In this document: positions 19,735-30,726 of the stretch, in pieces | Position numbering within the stretch: position 1 is the stretch's first letter | Layout: the number at the start of each line of letters is the position of its first letter | DNA from: Escherichia coli | GTDB lineage: Bacteria > Pseudomonadota > Gammaproteobacteria > Enterobacterales > Enterobacteriaceae | NCBI RefSeq assembly: GCF_051903065.1 | Contig: NZ_CP178438.1 | Reading direction: 5' to 3' (one strand) | DNA length: 64,000 nucleotides | Translations under genes and position numbers: made by a program | Notes under the pieces: generated by a model | What the model saw: the letters and a program-made list of their open reading frames with translations, nothing else | Databases searched by the model: none | Told to the model about the DNA's origin: nothing

Positions 19735-20559
19735 ATGCAGTTCTCGAAAATGCATGGCCTTGGCAACGATTTTATGGTCGTCGACGCGGTAACGCAGAAT
19801 GTCTTTTTTTCACCGGAGCTGATTCGTCGCCTGGCGGATCGGCACCTGGGGGTAGGGTTTGACCAGCTGCTGGTGGTTGAGCCGCCGTATGATCCTGAAC
19901 TGGATTTTCACTATCGCATTTTCAATGCTGATGGCAGTGAAGTGGCGCAGTGCGGCAACGGTGCGCGCTGCTTTGCCCGTTTTGTGCGCCTGAAAGGGCT
20001 GACCAATAAGCGCGATATCCGCGTCAGCACCGCCAACGGGCGGATGGTTCTGACCGTCACCGATGATGATCTGGTCCGCGTAAATATGGGCGAACCCAAC
20101 TTCGAACCTTCCGCTGTGCCGTTTCGCGCTAACAAAGCGGAAAAGACCTACATTATGCGCGCCGCCGAGCAGACAATCTTATGCGGCGTGGTGTCGATGG
20201 GAAATCCGCATTGCGTGATTCAGGTCGATGATGTCGATACCGCGGCGGTAGAAACGCTTGGTCCTGTTCTGGAAAGCCACGAGCGTTTTCCGGAGCGAGC
20301 CAATATCGGTTTTATGCAAGTGGTTAAGCGCGAGCATATTCGTTTACGCGTTTATGAGCGTGGGGCAGGAGAAACCCAGGCCTGCGGCAGCGGCGCGTGT
20401 GCGGCGGTTGCAGTAGGGATTCAGCAAGGTTTGCTGGCCGAAGAAGTACGCGTGGAACTCCCCGGCGGTCGTCTTGATATCGCCTGGAAAGGTCCGGGTC
20501 ACCCGTTATATATGACTGGCCCGGCGGTACATGTCTACGACGGATTTATTCATCTATGA
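19735..20559 (+). CDS. dapF: Diaminopimelate epimerase, 274 aa
   Basis: Start trimmed by one codon to [13 protein letters not shown]; conserved GNDF and catalytic Cys (CGNGARC) motifs. Confidence 0.9.
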
Positions 20560-21263
20560 AGCAACCAGGGGAAGAACTGCAGGAAACACTCACGGAGCTT
20601 GATGACCGGGCGGTTGTCGATTATCTGATTAAAAATCCTGAGTTTTTTATCCGCAATGCGCGCGCAGTAGAAGCGATACGTGTGCCGCATCCGGTACGCG
20701 GCACCGTTTCGTTGGTCGAGTGGCACATGGCCCGCGCACGTAATCATATTCATGTTCTGGAAGAGAACATGGCGCTGTTGATGGAACAGGCTATCGCCAA
20801 CGAAGGCCTGTTTTATCGCCTACTCTACCTGCAGCGCAGTCTCACCGCCGCCAGCAGTCTCGACGATATGCTGATGCGCTTTCACCGCTGGGCGCGCGAT
20901 CTCGGCCTGGCAGGTGCGAGTCTGCGCCTGTTTCCAGATCGCTGGCGCTTAGGTGCGCCGTCGAACCACACTCATCTGGCATTAAGCCGTCAGTCTTTCG
21001 AACCGCTGCGTATTCAGCGTTTGGGGCAGGAACAGCACTATCTTGGGCCGCTTAACGGACCGGAGCTGCTGGTGGTGCTACCGGAAGCGAAAGCGGTGGG
21101 ATCGGTGGCGATGTCGATGCTGGGGAGCGATGCTGATTTGGGTGTCGTGCTGTTTACCAGTCGCGATGCCAGTCACTATCAACAAGGGCAGGGAACGCAG
21201 TTACTTCATGAAATTGCGCTGATGTTGCCGGAGCTTCTGGAGCGTTGGATTGAACGCGTATGA
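20556..21263 (+). CDS. yigA: DUF484-family protein YigA, 235 aa
   Basis: Start overlaps dapF stop (ATGA); upstream of xerC. Confidence 0.8.
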
Positions 21264-22156
21264 CCGATTTACACACCGATGTAGAACGCTACCTACGTTA
21301 TCTGAGCGTGGAGCGTCAGCTTAGCCCGATAACCCTACTTAACTACCAGCGTCAGCTTGAGGCGATCATCAATTTTGCCAGCGAAAACGGCCTGCAAAGC
21401 TGGCAACAATGCGATGCAGCGATGGTACGCAATTTTGCTGTACGCAGTCGCCGTAAAGGGCTGGGAGCAGCAAGCCTCGCGTTACGGCTTTCTGCGCTAC
21501 GTAGCTTTTTTGACTGGCTGGTCAGCCAGAACGAACTCAAAGCTAACCCGGCGAAAGGTGTTTCGGCACCGAAAGCGCCGCGTCATCTGCCGAAAAACAT
21601 CGACGTCGACGATATGAATCGGCTGCTGGATATTGATATCAACGATCCCCTCGCTGTACGCGACCGTGCAATGCTGGAAGTGATGTACGGCGCGGGTCTG
21701 CGTCTTTCCGAGCTGGTGGGGCTGGATATCAAACACCTCGACCTGGAGTCTGGTGAAGTGTGGGTAATGGGGAAAGGCAGCAAAGAGCGCCGCCTGCCGA
21801 TTGGTCGCAACGCTGTGGCGTGGATTGAGCACTGGCTTGATTTGCGCGACCTGTTTGGTAGCGAAGACGACGCGCTTTTTCTGTCGAAACTGGGCAAGCG
21901 TATCTCCGCGCGTAATGTGCAGAAACGCTTTGCCGAATGGGGCATAAAACAAGGGCTGAATAATCACGTTCACCCGCATAAATTACGTCACTCGTTCGCT
22001 ACGCATATGCTGGAGTCGAGCGGCGATCTTCGTGGTGTGCAGGAGCTGCTGGGTCATGCCAACCTCTCCACCACGCAAATCTATACTCATCTTGATTTTC
22101 AACACCTTGCCTCGGTGTACGATGCGGCGCATCCACGCGCCAAACGGGGGAAATAA
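21260..22156 (+). CDS. xerC: Tyrosine site-specific recombinase XerC, 298 aa
   Basis: Tyrosine-recombinase C-terminal motifs ([27 protein letters not shown]); start overlaps yigA stop. Confidence 0.9.
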
Positions 22157-22872
22157 TGCGTTTTTACCGGCCTTTGGGGCGCATCTCGGCGCTCACCTTT
22201 GACCTGGATGATACCCTTTACGATAACCGTCCGGTGATTTTGCGCACCGAGCGAGAGGCGCTTACCTTTGTGCAAAATTATCATCCGGCGCTGCGCAGCT
22301 TCCAGAATGAAGATCTGCAACGCCTGCGCCAGGCGGTACGGGAAGCGGAACCCGAGATTTATCACGACGTGACGCGTTGGCGTTTTCGTTCGATTGAACA
22401 AGCGATGCTCGACGCCGGGCTGAGTGCCGAAGAAGCCAGTGCAGGCGCACACGCAGCAATGATTAACTTTGCCAAATGGCGCAGCCGAATCGACGTCCCG
22501 CAGCAAACTCACGACACCTTAAAACAGCTGGCGAAGAAATGGCCGCTGGTGGCGATCACCAACGGTAACGCCCAGCCGGAACTGTTTGGTTTGGGGGATT
22601 ATTTTGAGTTTGTGCTGCGCGCTGGCCCGCACGGGCGCTCAAAACCGTTCAGCGATATGTACTTTTTGGCTGCGGAAAAACTCAACGTGCCGATCGGCGA
22701 GATCTTACATGTTGGGGACGATCTCACCACTGACGTGGGTGGGGCAATTCGCAGCGGAATGCAGGCCTGTTGGATCAGACCGGAAAATGGCGATCTGATG
22801 CAAACCTGGGACAGCCGTTTACTGCCGCATCTGGAAATTTCCCGGTTGGCATCTCTGACCTCGCTGATATAA
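22156..22872 (+). CDS. yigB: HAD-superfamily phosphatase YigB, 238 aa
   Basis: HAD motif I (FDLDDTL) near the N-terminus; immediately follows xerC. Confidence 0.85.
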
Positions 22873-22881
22873 TCAGCAAAT

Positions 22882-22897
22882 CTGTATATATACCCAG
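22882..22897. promoter_or_regulatory. LexA (SOS) box upstream of uvrD
   Basis: ctgtatatatacccag matches the CTG-N10-CAG SOS box consensus, about 60 bp upstream of the uvrD ATG. Confidence 0.75.
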
Positions 22898-22955
22898 CTT
22901 TTTGGCGGAGGGCGTTGCGCTTCTCCGCCCAACCTATTTTTACGCGGCGGTGCCA

Positions 22956-25118
22956 ATGGACGTTTCTTACCTGCTCGACAGCCTTAATGACAAACAGCGC
23001 GAAGCGGTGGCCGCGCCACGCAGCAACCTTCTGGTGCTGGCGGGCGCGGGCAGTGGTAAGACGCGCGTACTGGTGCATCGTATCGCCTGGCTGATGAGCG
23101 TGGAAAACTGCTCGCCATACTCGATTATGGCGGTGACGTTTACCAACAAAGCGGCGGCGGAGATGCGTCATCGTATCGGGCAACTGATGGGCACCAGCCA
23201 GGGCGGCATGTGGGTCGGCACCTTCCACGGGCTGGCGCACCGCCTGCTGCGTGCGCACCATATGGACGCCAATCTGCCGCAGGATTTCCAGATCCTAGAC
23301 AGTGAAGACCAGCTACGCCTGCTTAAGCGTCTGATCAAAGCCATGAACCTCGACGAGAAGCAGTGGCCGCCGCGCCAGGCAATGTGGTACATCAACAGCC
23401 AGAAAGATGAAGGCCTGCGTCCGCATCATATTCAAAGCTACGGTAATCCGGTGGAGCAGACCTGGCAGAAGGTGTATCAGGCGTATCAGGAAGCGTGTGA
23501 CCGCGCGGGCCTGGTGGACTTCGCCGAGCTGCTGCTGCGCGCTCACGAGTTGTGGCTTAACAAGCCGCATATCCTGCAACACTACCGCGAACGTTTTACC
23601 AATATCCTGGTGGACGAATTCCAGGATACCAACAACATTCAGTACGCGTGGATCCGCCTGCTGGCGGGCGACACCGGCAAAGTGATGATCGTCGGTGATG
23701 ACGACCAGTCAATCTACGGCTGGCGCGGGGCGCAGGTGGAGAATATTCAGCGTTTCCTCAATGATTTCCCCGGTGCCGAAACTATCCGTCTGGAGCAGAA
23801 CTATCGTTCTACCAGTAACATTCTGAGCGCCGCGAACGCCCTGATTGAAAACAACAACGGGCGTCTGGGTAAAAAACTGTGGACCGATGGCGCGGACGGT
23901 GAGCCTATTTCCCTCTATTGCGCTTTTAACGAACTCGATGAAGCGCGTTTTGTGGTTAACCGCATCAAAACCTGGCAGGACAACGGTGGGGCGCTCGCCG
24001 AGTGCGCCATTCTCTACCGCAGCAACGCCCAGTCGCGTGTACTGGAAGAAGCACTGTTGCAGGCAAGTATGCCGTACCGTATTTACGGCGGGATGCGATT
24101 CTTCGAACGCCAGGAAATCAAAGATGCGCTCTCGTATCTGCGCCTGATTGCCAACCGCAACGACGACGCGGCCTTTGAGCGTGTGGTGAATACGCCAACG
24201 CGGGGTATTGGTGACCGGACGCTGGACGTGGTACGTCAGACATCGCGCGATCGCCAGTTAACACTCTGGCAGGCATGTCGTGAGCTGTTGCAGGAAAAAG
24301 CGCTCGCCGGGCGAGCTGCCAGCGCCTTGCAGCGATTTATGGAATTAATCGACGCCTTAACGCAAGAAACTGCCGATATGCCGCTGCATGTACAGACTGA
24401 CCGGGTAATTAAAGACTCCGGCCTGCGCACCATGTACGAGCAGGAGAAGGGCGAAAAAGGCCAGACGCGTATCGAAAACTTAGAGGAACTGGTGACGGCA
24501 ACGCGCCAGTTCAGCTACAACGAAGAAGATGAAGATTTAATGCCGCTGCAGGCGTTCCTCTCCCATGCGGCACTGGAAGCGGGCGAGGGGCAGGCGGATA
24601 CCTGGCAGGACGCGGTGCAGTTGATGACGCTACACTCGGCGAAAGGGCTGGAGTTCCCGCAGGTGTTTATCGTCGGTATGGAAGAGGGCATGTTCCCAAG
24701 CCAGATGTCGCTGGATGAAGGCGGTCGTCTGGAAGAAGAACGCCGTCTGGCCTACGTTGGCGTAACCCGTGCGATGCAGAAACTGACGCTGACCTACGCG
24801 GAAACTCGCCGTCTGTATGGCAAAGAGGTTTACCATCGCCCGTCGCGCTTTATCGGCGAGCTGCCGGAAGAGTGTGTGGAAGAGGTGCGCCTGCGCGCCA
24901 CGGTAAGCCGCCCGGTCAGCCATCAGCGTATGGGTACGCCGATGGTCGAGAACGACAGCGGCTACAAGCTCGGCCAGCGTGTACGCCACGCTAAGTTTGG
25001 TGAAGGCACTATCGTCAATATGGAAGGCAGCGGCGAGCATAGCCGTTTGCAGGTGGCATTCCAGGGCCAGGGTATTAAATGGCTGGTGGCGGCTTACGCC
25101 CGGCTGGAGACGGTATAA
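22956..25118 (+). CDS. uvrD: DNA helicase II, 720 aa
   Basis: Start trimmed to ATG giving MDVSYLLDSLNDKQREAVAAP...; Walker A (GAGSGKT); the track ORF extends upstream through the LexA box. Confidence 0.9.
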   Translation: MDVSYLLDSLNDKQREAVAAPRSNLLVLAGAGSGKTRVLVHRIAWLMSVENCSPYSIMAVTFTNKAAAEMRHRIGQLMGTSQGGMWVGTFHGLAHRLLRAHHMDANLPQDFQILDSEDQLRLLKRLIKAMNLDEKQWPPRQAMWYINSQKDEGLRPHHIQSYGNPVEQTWQKVYQAYQEACDRAGLVDFAELLLRAHELWLNKPHILQHYRERFTNILVDEFQDTNNIQYAWIRLLAGDTGKVMIVGDDDQSIYGWRGAQVENIQRFLNDFPGAETIRLEQNYRSTSNILSAANALIENNNGRLGKKLWTDGADGEPISLYCAFNELDEARFVVNRIKTWQDNGGALAECAILYRSNAQSRVLEEALLQASMPYRIYGGMRFFERQEIKDALSYLRLIANRNDDAAFERVVNTPTRGIGDRTLDVVRQTSRDRQLTLWQACRELLQEKALAGRAASALQRFMELIDALTQETADMPLHVQTDRVIKDSGLRTMYEQEKGEKGQTRIENLEELVTATRQFSYNEEDEDLMPLQAFLSHAALEAGEGQADTWQDAVQLMTLHSAKGLEFPQVFIVGMEEGMFPSQMSLDEGGRLEEERRLAYVGVTRAMQKLTLTYAETRRLYGKEVYHRPSRFIGELPEECVEEVRLRATVSRPVSHQRMGTPMVENDSGYKLGQRVRHAKFGEGTIVNMEGSGEHSRLQVAFQGQGIKWLVAAYARLETV

Positions 25119-25132
25119 TTTACGATCACGGT

Positions 25133-25163
25133 GCCGGATGCGGTGCGCCACACCGCATCCGGC
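25133..25163. repeat. REP-like perfect palindrome between uvrD and the downstream gene
   Basis: gccggatgcggtgcgccacaccgcatccggc. Confidence 0.7.
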
Positions 25164-25172
25164 ATCAGCACC

Positions 25173-26090
25173 TTACTTAGCGCACTTCTTCACATCAATA
25201 TTCCAGTTAGCACCAGACGCAACCTGATGTTTCTGCGCGAAATTATCCATATTCAGCGCCACGGAAACATTCAATAAGCTGTTCAGATACACCATCGGCT
25301 GACCTTCCGGCACATCGCCGAAGCTTGCGACATACGGCATTTTCCCTTCGTATTTTTGCTGGGAACCTTCGGAAATGGTTACACACAACGTGTCGTTGAG
25401 TTTGATTCCTGCCTGATTCAGCAACTCGTCGCTGATATTGCTCCAGACGTTGCCGTACTGAATATCGAGAATCGGGATATTGCCCTTCACTTCACCTTTT
25501 GTTGCTTTGGCTTTCTGATAAGAAAGTTCGACAACTTTTGCCGGAAGCTCTGGCCCCACCTGTTCGAACGTGATCGCTCCGGAAGCCAGGCGTGCACCGG
25601 TGTAGGCATACACGTCACGACCGTGGAAGGTATATGACTTTTCGGAACCTTTCAGGCGGTTGGTTTTTTCATCGATTTGCCGGACGCTCTCAATACCCAG
25701 CGATTCCGCCACCAAAGTGAGCGTACCGTTATCCGGTGAAACGAAGTATTGACCGTTTTTGGTTTTCAGCACTACCGATTTACGGTCTGTACCTACACCT
25801 GGATCGACCACGCTAACAAACACCGAACCTTGTGGCCAATAACTGGCGGTCTGATACAGGCGGTAAGCGCCTTCCCAGATGTTATACGGTGGAATTTCGT
25901 GTGTTAAATCAAAGATTTTAAGATTATGGTCAACACCGAATGCGACCCCTTTCATCGCCGAGACGGCACCATCTTTCAGGCTAAAATCAGTTTGTAAAAT
26001 CAAAGCGTTATCCGCATAAGCGGATGATGATCCCAGACACGTTAATAAAAATAACGTTGCGAGCGTTTTTTCATTTTTGTTTCCCTTCAT
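25173..26090 (-). CDS. Signal-peptide-bearing SAM hydroxide adenosyltransferase family protein (DUF62, fluorinase/chlorinase-like), 305 aa
   Basis: N-terminal signal peptide (LATLFLLTCLGSSSAYA); family motifs TDFSLKDGAVSAMKGV, VDPGVGTDRKSV, SPDNGTLTLV, FHGRDVYAYTGARLASG, YGNVWSNI align with fluorinase FlA as I recall it. Confidence 0.75.
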   Translation of the reverse strand: MKGNKNEKTLATLFLLTCLGSSSAYADNALILQTDFSLKDGAVSAMKGVAFGVDHNLKIFDLTHEIPPYNIWEGAYRLYQTASYWPQGSVFVSVVDPGVGTDRKSVVLKTKNGQYFVSPDNGTLTLVAESLGIESVRQIDEKTNRLKGSEKSYTFHGRDVYAYTGARLASGAITFEQVGPELPAKVVELSYQKAKATKGEVKGNIPILDIQYGNVWSNISDELLNQAGIKLNDTLCVTISEGSQQKYEGKMPYVASFGDVPEGQPMVYLNSLLNVSVALNMDNFAQKHQVASGANWNIDVKKCAK

Positions 26091-26156
26091 TTATCTGATG
26101 ATTTTCCAGCGGTGTAGCCAGCCCCAGTTTGTCTGGCCTCCTCGAGTGTACAATGC

Positions 26157-26921
26157 TTAACCTTTCCGCTCGACGGAAATCATGGTGACAAAAGGATAGC
26201 GTTGCCACGGGATTGCCCCGCCTTTCATATACATATGTGAAATCGTGCCATCAAGATTAAGCAGCTGCTCAACGTTCAGTTTCGCTTTGGCATAACAGGC
26301 AAAATCATAAAAATTTGTCGCCTGCTGGCTCAACAAAAACACGGCATTCCCATGTTTATTAATCCCAACACCGTTACGAATTTTACGTGAGGCGACGTTG
26401 GGATGAATACGCGGATTAATTACACTGTTTTCCATCAACATTGGCCCTGACTGCACCGCAAACTGAATCTCTTTACTGGTTTTGAAGGCATCCAGACGAA
26501 CGATGCCGACTTTATCTCCCGCGACATAAAACACGCCGCCAGGACTGATAAAGAAATTCCCTTCACCTGAAGCGAGATTTAACGCCACCTTCTGCTGACC
26601 GTTTTCGATGTACAAACCGAGCGGCGCATAGCTTTCATCATAGATGCCGCCGTTCATCGCCATCTGCACCTGACCGTGACTATTAATATCCGCCAGCAGA
26701 GCATGTAACGTTCCCCACGCTTCGCCATTGGCTTTTTGCCAGTACATTTTCACCCGCTCTGTTTGAGGATTAACGGTATACGCCTGTACGGTCAGCGTTG
26801 GATCTGAGAGTGCGCAATCATCAGCGGCAACAGCAAACAAGGGAAGTAAGGTGAGAGTGAGAAAAATCCGTTTGAGATTCAAGGTGATCATTCCTTTACC
26901 AATGAGTAGCCGATGCGCCAT
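26157..26921 (-). CDS. yigE: YigE (DUF2233 family), 254 aa, secreted
   Basis: Signal peptide; position between uvrD and corA. Confidence 0.8.
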   Translation of the reverse strand: MAHRLLIGKGMITLNLKRIFLTLTLLPLFAVAADDCALSDPTLTVQAYTVNPQTERVKMYWQKANGEAWGTLHALLADINSHGQVQMAMNGGIYDESYAPLGLYIENGQQKVALNLASGEGNFFISPGGVFYVAGDKVGIVRLDAFKTSKEIQFAVQSGPMLMENSVINPRIHPNVASRKIRNGVGINKHGNAVFLLSQQATNFYDFACYAKAKLNVEQLLNLDGTISHMYMKGGAIPWQRYPFVTMISVERKG

Positions 26922-27290
26922 TATAGGTCCTGGATGTGGGATTTTTTTATCCTGTTAGCGACCTTGACGAGTACCAAAAAGCGCGAAGTTCAACTATTGT
27001 TCTGTGGTGTTCTGTTGCGTGTTGACGGCAAAATTTTGCTGGCGTAACATGCGCGCACGATCACTCTAAGAGGACATTCGCCTTGGACACACCCAGTAGA
27101 TACTGGCTCACTATCCTGTCATCCAGGATCAACTCCTAAGGCTATCCCTTTTTGCTGATAGCCTTAGCGGTTGTCAGCGACCTCAATTTTTCCCGTCGCG
27201 CTGAGTCAGGCTGTTTAATGGTCTGAAACCCAATTTGTTTCTGTGTGCCCACCGAACTGTCCGATATTTTAAGCATTGGGAGTCCCGGTC

Positions 27291-28241
27291 ATGCTGAGCG
27301 CATTTCAACTGGAAAATAACCGACTGACCCGGCTGGAAGTCGAAGAGTCACAACCCCTTGTAAATGCAGTATGGATTGATCTTGTCGAACCGGACGACGA
27401 CGAGCGACTGCGCGTACAATCTGAACTTGGCCAGAGCCTGGCAACCCGCCCGGAACTGGAAGACATCGAAGCATCGGCCCGTTTCTTTGAAGACGATGAC
27501 GGCCTGCACATTCACTCCTTCTTCTTCTTTGAAGATGCGGAAGATCACGCCGGTAACTCCACTGTGGCATTTACCATCCGTGATGGTCGTCTGTTTACTC
27601 TGCGTGAGCGTGAACTGCCCGCTTTTCGTCTGTATCGTATGCGTGCCCGTAGCCAGTCGATGGTAGACGGTAACGCCTACGAGCTGCTGCTGGATCTGTT
27701 CGAAACCAAAATCGAACAGTTGGCAGATGAAATTGAAAATATCTATAGCGACCTGGAGCAATTGAGCCGGGTGATTATGGAAGGGCATCAGGGCGATGAG
27801 TACGACGAGGCGCTCTCCACGCTGGCGGAACTGGAAGATATCGGCTGGAAAGTGCGCCTGTGTCTGATGGATACCCAGCGCGCTCTCAACTTCCTGGTGC
27901 GTAAAGCGCGTTTACCGGGTGGGCAACTGGAGCAGGCGCGTGAAATCCTGCGAGATATCGAATCCCTGCTGCCGCATAACGAATCCCTGTTCCAGAAGGT
28001 GAACTTCCTGATGCAGGCGGCAATGGGTTTTATCAACATCGAGCAGAACCGCATCATCAAAATTTTCTCGGTGGTATCCGTCGTGTTCCTGCCGCCAACG
28101 CTGGTTGCTTCCAGCTACGGGATGAACTTTGAGTTTATGCCAGAACTGAAGTGGAGTTTCGGCTACCCAGGCGCGATTATCTTTATGATCCTCGCGGGCC
28201 TGGCACCGTATCTGTACTTTAAGCGGAAGAACTGGTTGTAA
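27291..28241 (+). CDS. corA: Magnesium/cobalt transport protein CorA, 316 aa
   Basis: Start trimmed to [12 protein letters not shown]; C-terminal TM pair with YGMNF motif. Confidence 0.9.
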   Translation: MLSAFQLENNRLTRLEVEESQPLVNAVWIDLVEPDDDERLRVQSELGQSLATRPELEDIEASARFFEDDDGLHIHSFFFFEDAEDHAGNSTVAFTIRDGRLFTLRERELPAFRLYRMRARSQSMVDGNAYELLLDLFETKIEQLADEIENIYSDLEQLSRVIMEGHQGDEYDEALSTLAELEDIGWKVRLCLMDTQRALNFLVRKARLPGGQLEQAREILRDIESLLPHNESLFQKVNFLMQAAMGFINIEQNRIIKIFSVVSVVFLPPTLVASSYGMNFEFMPELKWSFGYPGAIIFMILAGLAPYLYFKRKNWL

Positions 28242-28254
28242 AAAACGAGAGCGG

Positions 28255-28278
28255 TGGCTTAGTCTGGCTAAGCCACCT
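28255..28278. terminator. Candidate bidirectional terminator hairpin between corA and yigF
   Basis: ggtggcttag tctg gctaagccacc; flanking A-run and T-rich sequence are weak. Confidence 0.45.
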
Positions 28279-28283
28279 GTTAT

Positions 28284-28664
28284 TCAAAGGCTCCAGGTAT
28301 TTAACCCTTTTACCTCTTTCTCATAGAACCATTTGTTCGTGTTAACAGCAACATAGGCTGCTACGGCAATTCCCAGAATGTTAACGCCAATTAATGCACC
28401 AACAAATAGAGATAGAATGCCAAGTAATAGAACTATAATTGCTTTTTTCCATAAGCCCAGAACAAATAAATAGATCCAGGAACAGAAGAAAGCAATGAAA
28501 TTCATTTGAATAGTTAATCGTTGTCTTACTTTTAATGCTTTAAATGCTGCTTTATATTCTGGTGTTGCTCCCCAGAATCCAGGAAAGCCATGTTGATCAT
28601 AAAAATTAAATCGGTATTTCCATTTTTCACTTAATGAACCATCGTTCATATATTCCTTACTCAT
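28284..28664 (-). CDS. yigF: Inner-membrane protein YigF, 126 aa
   Basis: Start trimmed to MSKEYMNDGSL; two TM segments; AT-rich. Confidence 0.75.
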   Translation of the reverse strand: MSKEYMNDGSLSEKWKYRFNFYDQHGFPGFWGATPEYKAAFKALKVRQRLTIQMNFIAFFCSWIYLFVLGLWKKAIIVLLLGILSLFVGALIGVNILGIAVAAYVAVNTNKWFYEKEVKGLNTWSL

Positions 28665-28677
28665 AAATACTCCATAA

Positions 28678-29058
28678 CTATTGTTTTGATGAATCAGTAG
28701 GTGCAAGCATTAGCATACTGAAAGTGGAAAAATAACAAATCAAAAAAATCATCGAACCATTGCCTGAACAGGCAAAATCTTCGGCTATCATTGTGATGAT
28801 AGAGATGATATATACTGCTAATGTACCAAAAACATAAGTTTTTATATAGATGAAACCACTATCACGGAGTCGCTGGCAATTCATGTTGATGACGAGATAA
28901 TGGAGTACGATGGTAGAGACTATAACAAGAAAACCTACTTCCCCATCGTTAAAAAAGATAATAAGAAAGGCAAAAATGAAATTTATTAAAATAAATGAAA
29001 ATATATATCGGCGTCTGGAAATCTTACCGTTAGATGTTGGGATAAACATACGTAACAT
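28678..29058 (-). CDS. yigG: Inner-membrane protein YigG, 126 aa
   Basis: Start trimmed to [11 protein letters not shown]; multiple TM segments; AT-rich. Confidence 0.7.
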   Translation of the reverse strand: MLRMFIPTSNGKISRRRYIFSFILINFIFAFLIIFFNDGEVGFLVIVSTIVLHYLVINMNCQRLRDSGFIYIKTYVFGTLAVYIISIITMIAEDFACSGNGSMIFLICYFSTFSMLMLAPTDSSKQ

Positions 29059-29152
29059 AAATTTTACATCCTTGTGTGAGTCTCCTGTCAGCATGGCAAT
29101 ATGCCCACTCTCATACAAGAGTCGGCATATTTTTTCAGAATATATTTATTTT

Positions 29153-30043
29153 TTATTTGGACGTTCTACGCTGCGTATAAATCGCATCCATCACAAAAAT
29201 TGCCAGCGCCACCCAAATAAAGGCGAAAGTCACCATCTTATCGGCACCCGGTTTTTCACCATAAAACGTCACAGCCAGCAGGAACATCAGCGTCGGGCCA
29301 ATGTACTGGAAAAAGCCTAACGTTGAGAGACGCAGGCGCGTGGCAGCGGCAGTAAAACACAACAGCGGTACGGTAGTGACAATACCGGCGGCGATCAGCA
29401 GTAAATTCAGCGACATCGGGTTTTGCCCCATATGGCTGGTTGAGCTGTCGGCAATAGCAAACAGGTAAATCGCCGCCACGGGCAGCAGCCACATAGTTTC
29501 GATTAACATGCCGGTTTGCGCTTCAACGGCAATCTTCTTGCGTACCAGACCGTAGAAGGCAAAACTAAATGCCAGCCCCAGCGCGATGATCGGCAGTGAA
29601 CCAAAAGTCCAGAGCTGAACCAACACGCCACATATCGCCAGAATCACCGCCAGCCATTGCATCCGGCGGAATCGCTCGCCGAGGAAAATCATCCCCAGCA
29701 CAATGTTCACCAGCGGGTTAATAAAGTAACCAAGGCTCGCTTCCAGCATATGGTGATTGTTCACCGCCCAGATAAACAGTAGCCAGTTGCCGCCAATCAG
29801 CACGGCAGAGACTGCCAGCATAAAAATTTTCTGTGGCGTCTGAATCAGCGTTTTTAAATAGGACCACTGGCGGCAAATGCTCATCAGCACCACCATAAAG
29901 AAAAATGACCAGATCACGCGATGCGTCAGGATTTCATCGGCGGGCACGTAGTAAATCAACTTGAAGTACGCTGGGGCTATACCCCAAATAAAATAAGCGG
30001 CAAGAGCGAGTAATACGCCCTGCCGCGTTTGTTTTGCATCCAT
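29153..30043 (-). CDS. rarD: DMT-superfamily permease RarD, 296 aa
   Basis: 10-TM EamA-like protein; length and sequence match. Confidence 0.85.
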   Translation of the reverse strand: MDAKQTRQGVLLALAAYFIWGIAPAYFKLIYYVPADEILTHRVIWSFFFMVVLMSICRQWSYLKTLIQTPQKIFMLAVSAVLIGGNWLLFIWAVNNHHMLEASLGYFINPLVNIVLGMIFLGERFRRMQWLAVILAICGVLVQLWTFGSLPIIALGLAFSFAFYGLVRKKIAVEAQTGMLIETMWLLPVAAIYLFAIADSSTSHMGQNPMSLNLLLIAAGIVTTVPLLCFTAAATRLRLSTLGFFQYIGPTLMFLLAVTFYGEKPGADKMVTFAFIWVALAIFVMDAIYTQRRTSK

Positions 30044-30094
30044 CGGGAATACTCATTTTTAATTGGTAACAGCAGTTTACCTGCTTTTATGTCT

Positions 30095-30562
30095 TCAACC
30101 TACCATATAGGTGGCGGTGGCACTGGCAATATAAAGCTGTTCTTCATTGTGTAATTCAACGCGGGCGACGGCGACTTTATTGCCTGCACGCAACAGACTA
30201 CTGGTAGCAGTAAAACGCTCGCCCCTGCCTGGGCGCAGATAATCAACGCGAAGATCAATGGTCCCCATCCGCGATAGCCGCTGGCGTAGTTCATCTTCAC
30301 TGATGGTTTCGTGGCGGGTTAAGGTACTTCCCACGCACACCAGACCGGCGGCGACATCCAGCGCCGACGCAATGACCCCGCCGTGCAAAATGCTTTGCGC
30401 CCAGTTGCCCACCATCATTGGCTGATTTTTAAAGGCCAGCTGTGCGAACTCTTTTTCGTAACGCTCCAGTTCCATCCCCAATGCGCGGTTAAATGGCATG
30501 TGATAAACAAACATCTCACCCACTAATTTCAGGGCTTGTTCAGCGGTCAGTACGGCAGACAT
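30095..30562 (-). CDS. yigI: Hotdog-fold acyl-CoA thioesterase YigI, 155 aa
   Basis: Start trimmed to [12 protein letters not shown]; PaaI-like thioesterase family. Confidence 0.8.
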   Translation of the reverse strand: MSAVLTAEQALKLVGEMFVYHMPFNRALGMELERYEKEFAQLAFKNQPMMVGNWAQSILHGGVIASALDVAAGLVCVGSTLTRHETISEDELRQRLSRMGTIDLRVDYLRPGRGERFTATSSLLRAGNKVAVARVELHNEEQLYIASATATYMVG

Positions 30563-30726
30563 ATCATCCTTACACTTCATTGGTTAATGAAATGTTGATT
30601 TTATGCTTCTTTGTTGTTGGTTTCTACTTTAGGAAGGGATAACTAACGGCTATGGAGTTAAGTATGTAAAATAGCCCGCAGAAAAATATTCACCTTATCA
30701 ATAATTCGTTACGGAGAACACGACCG

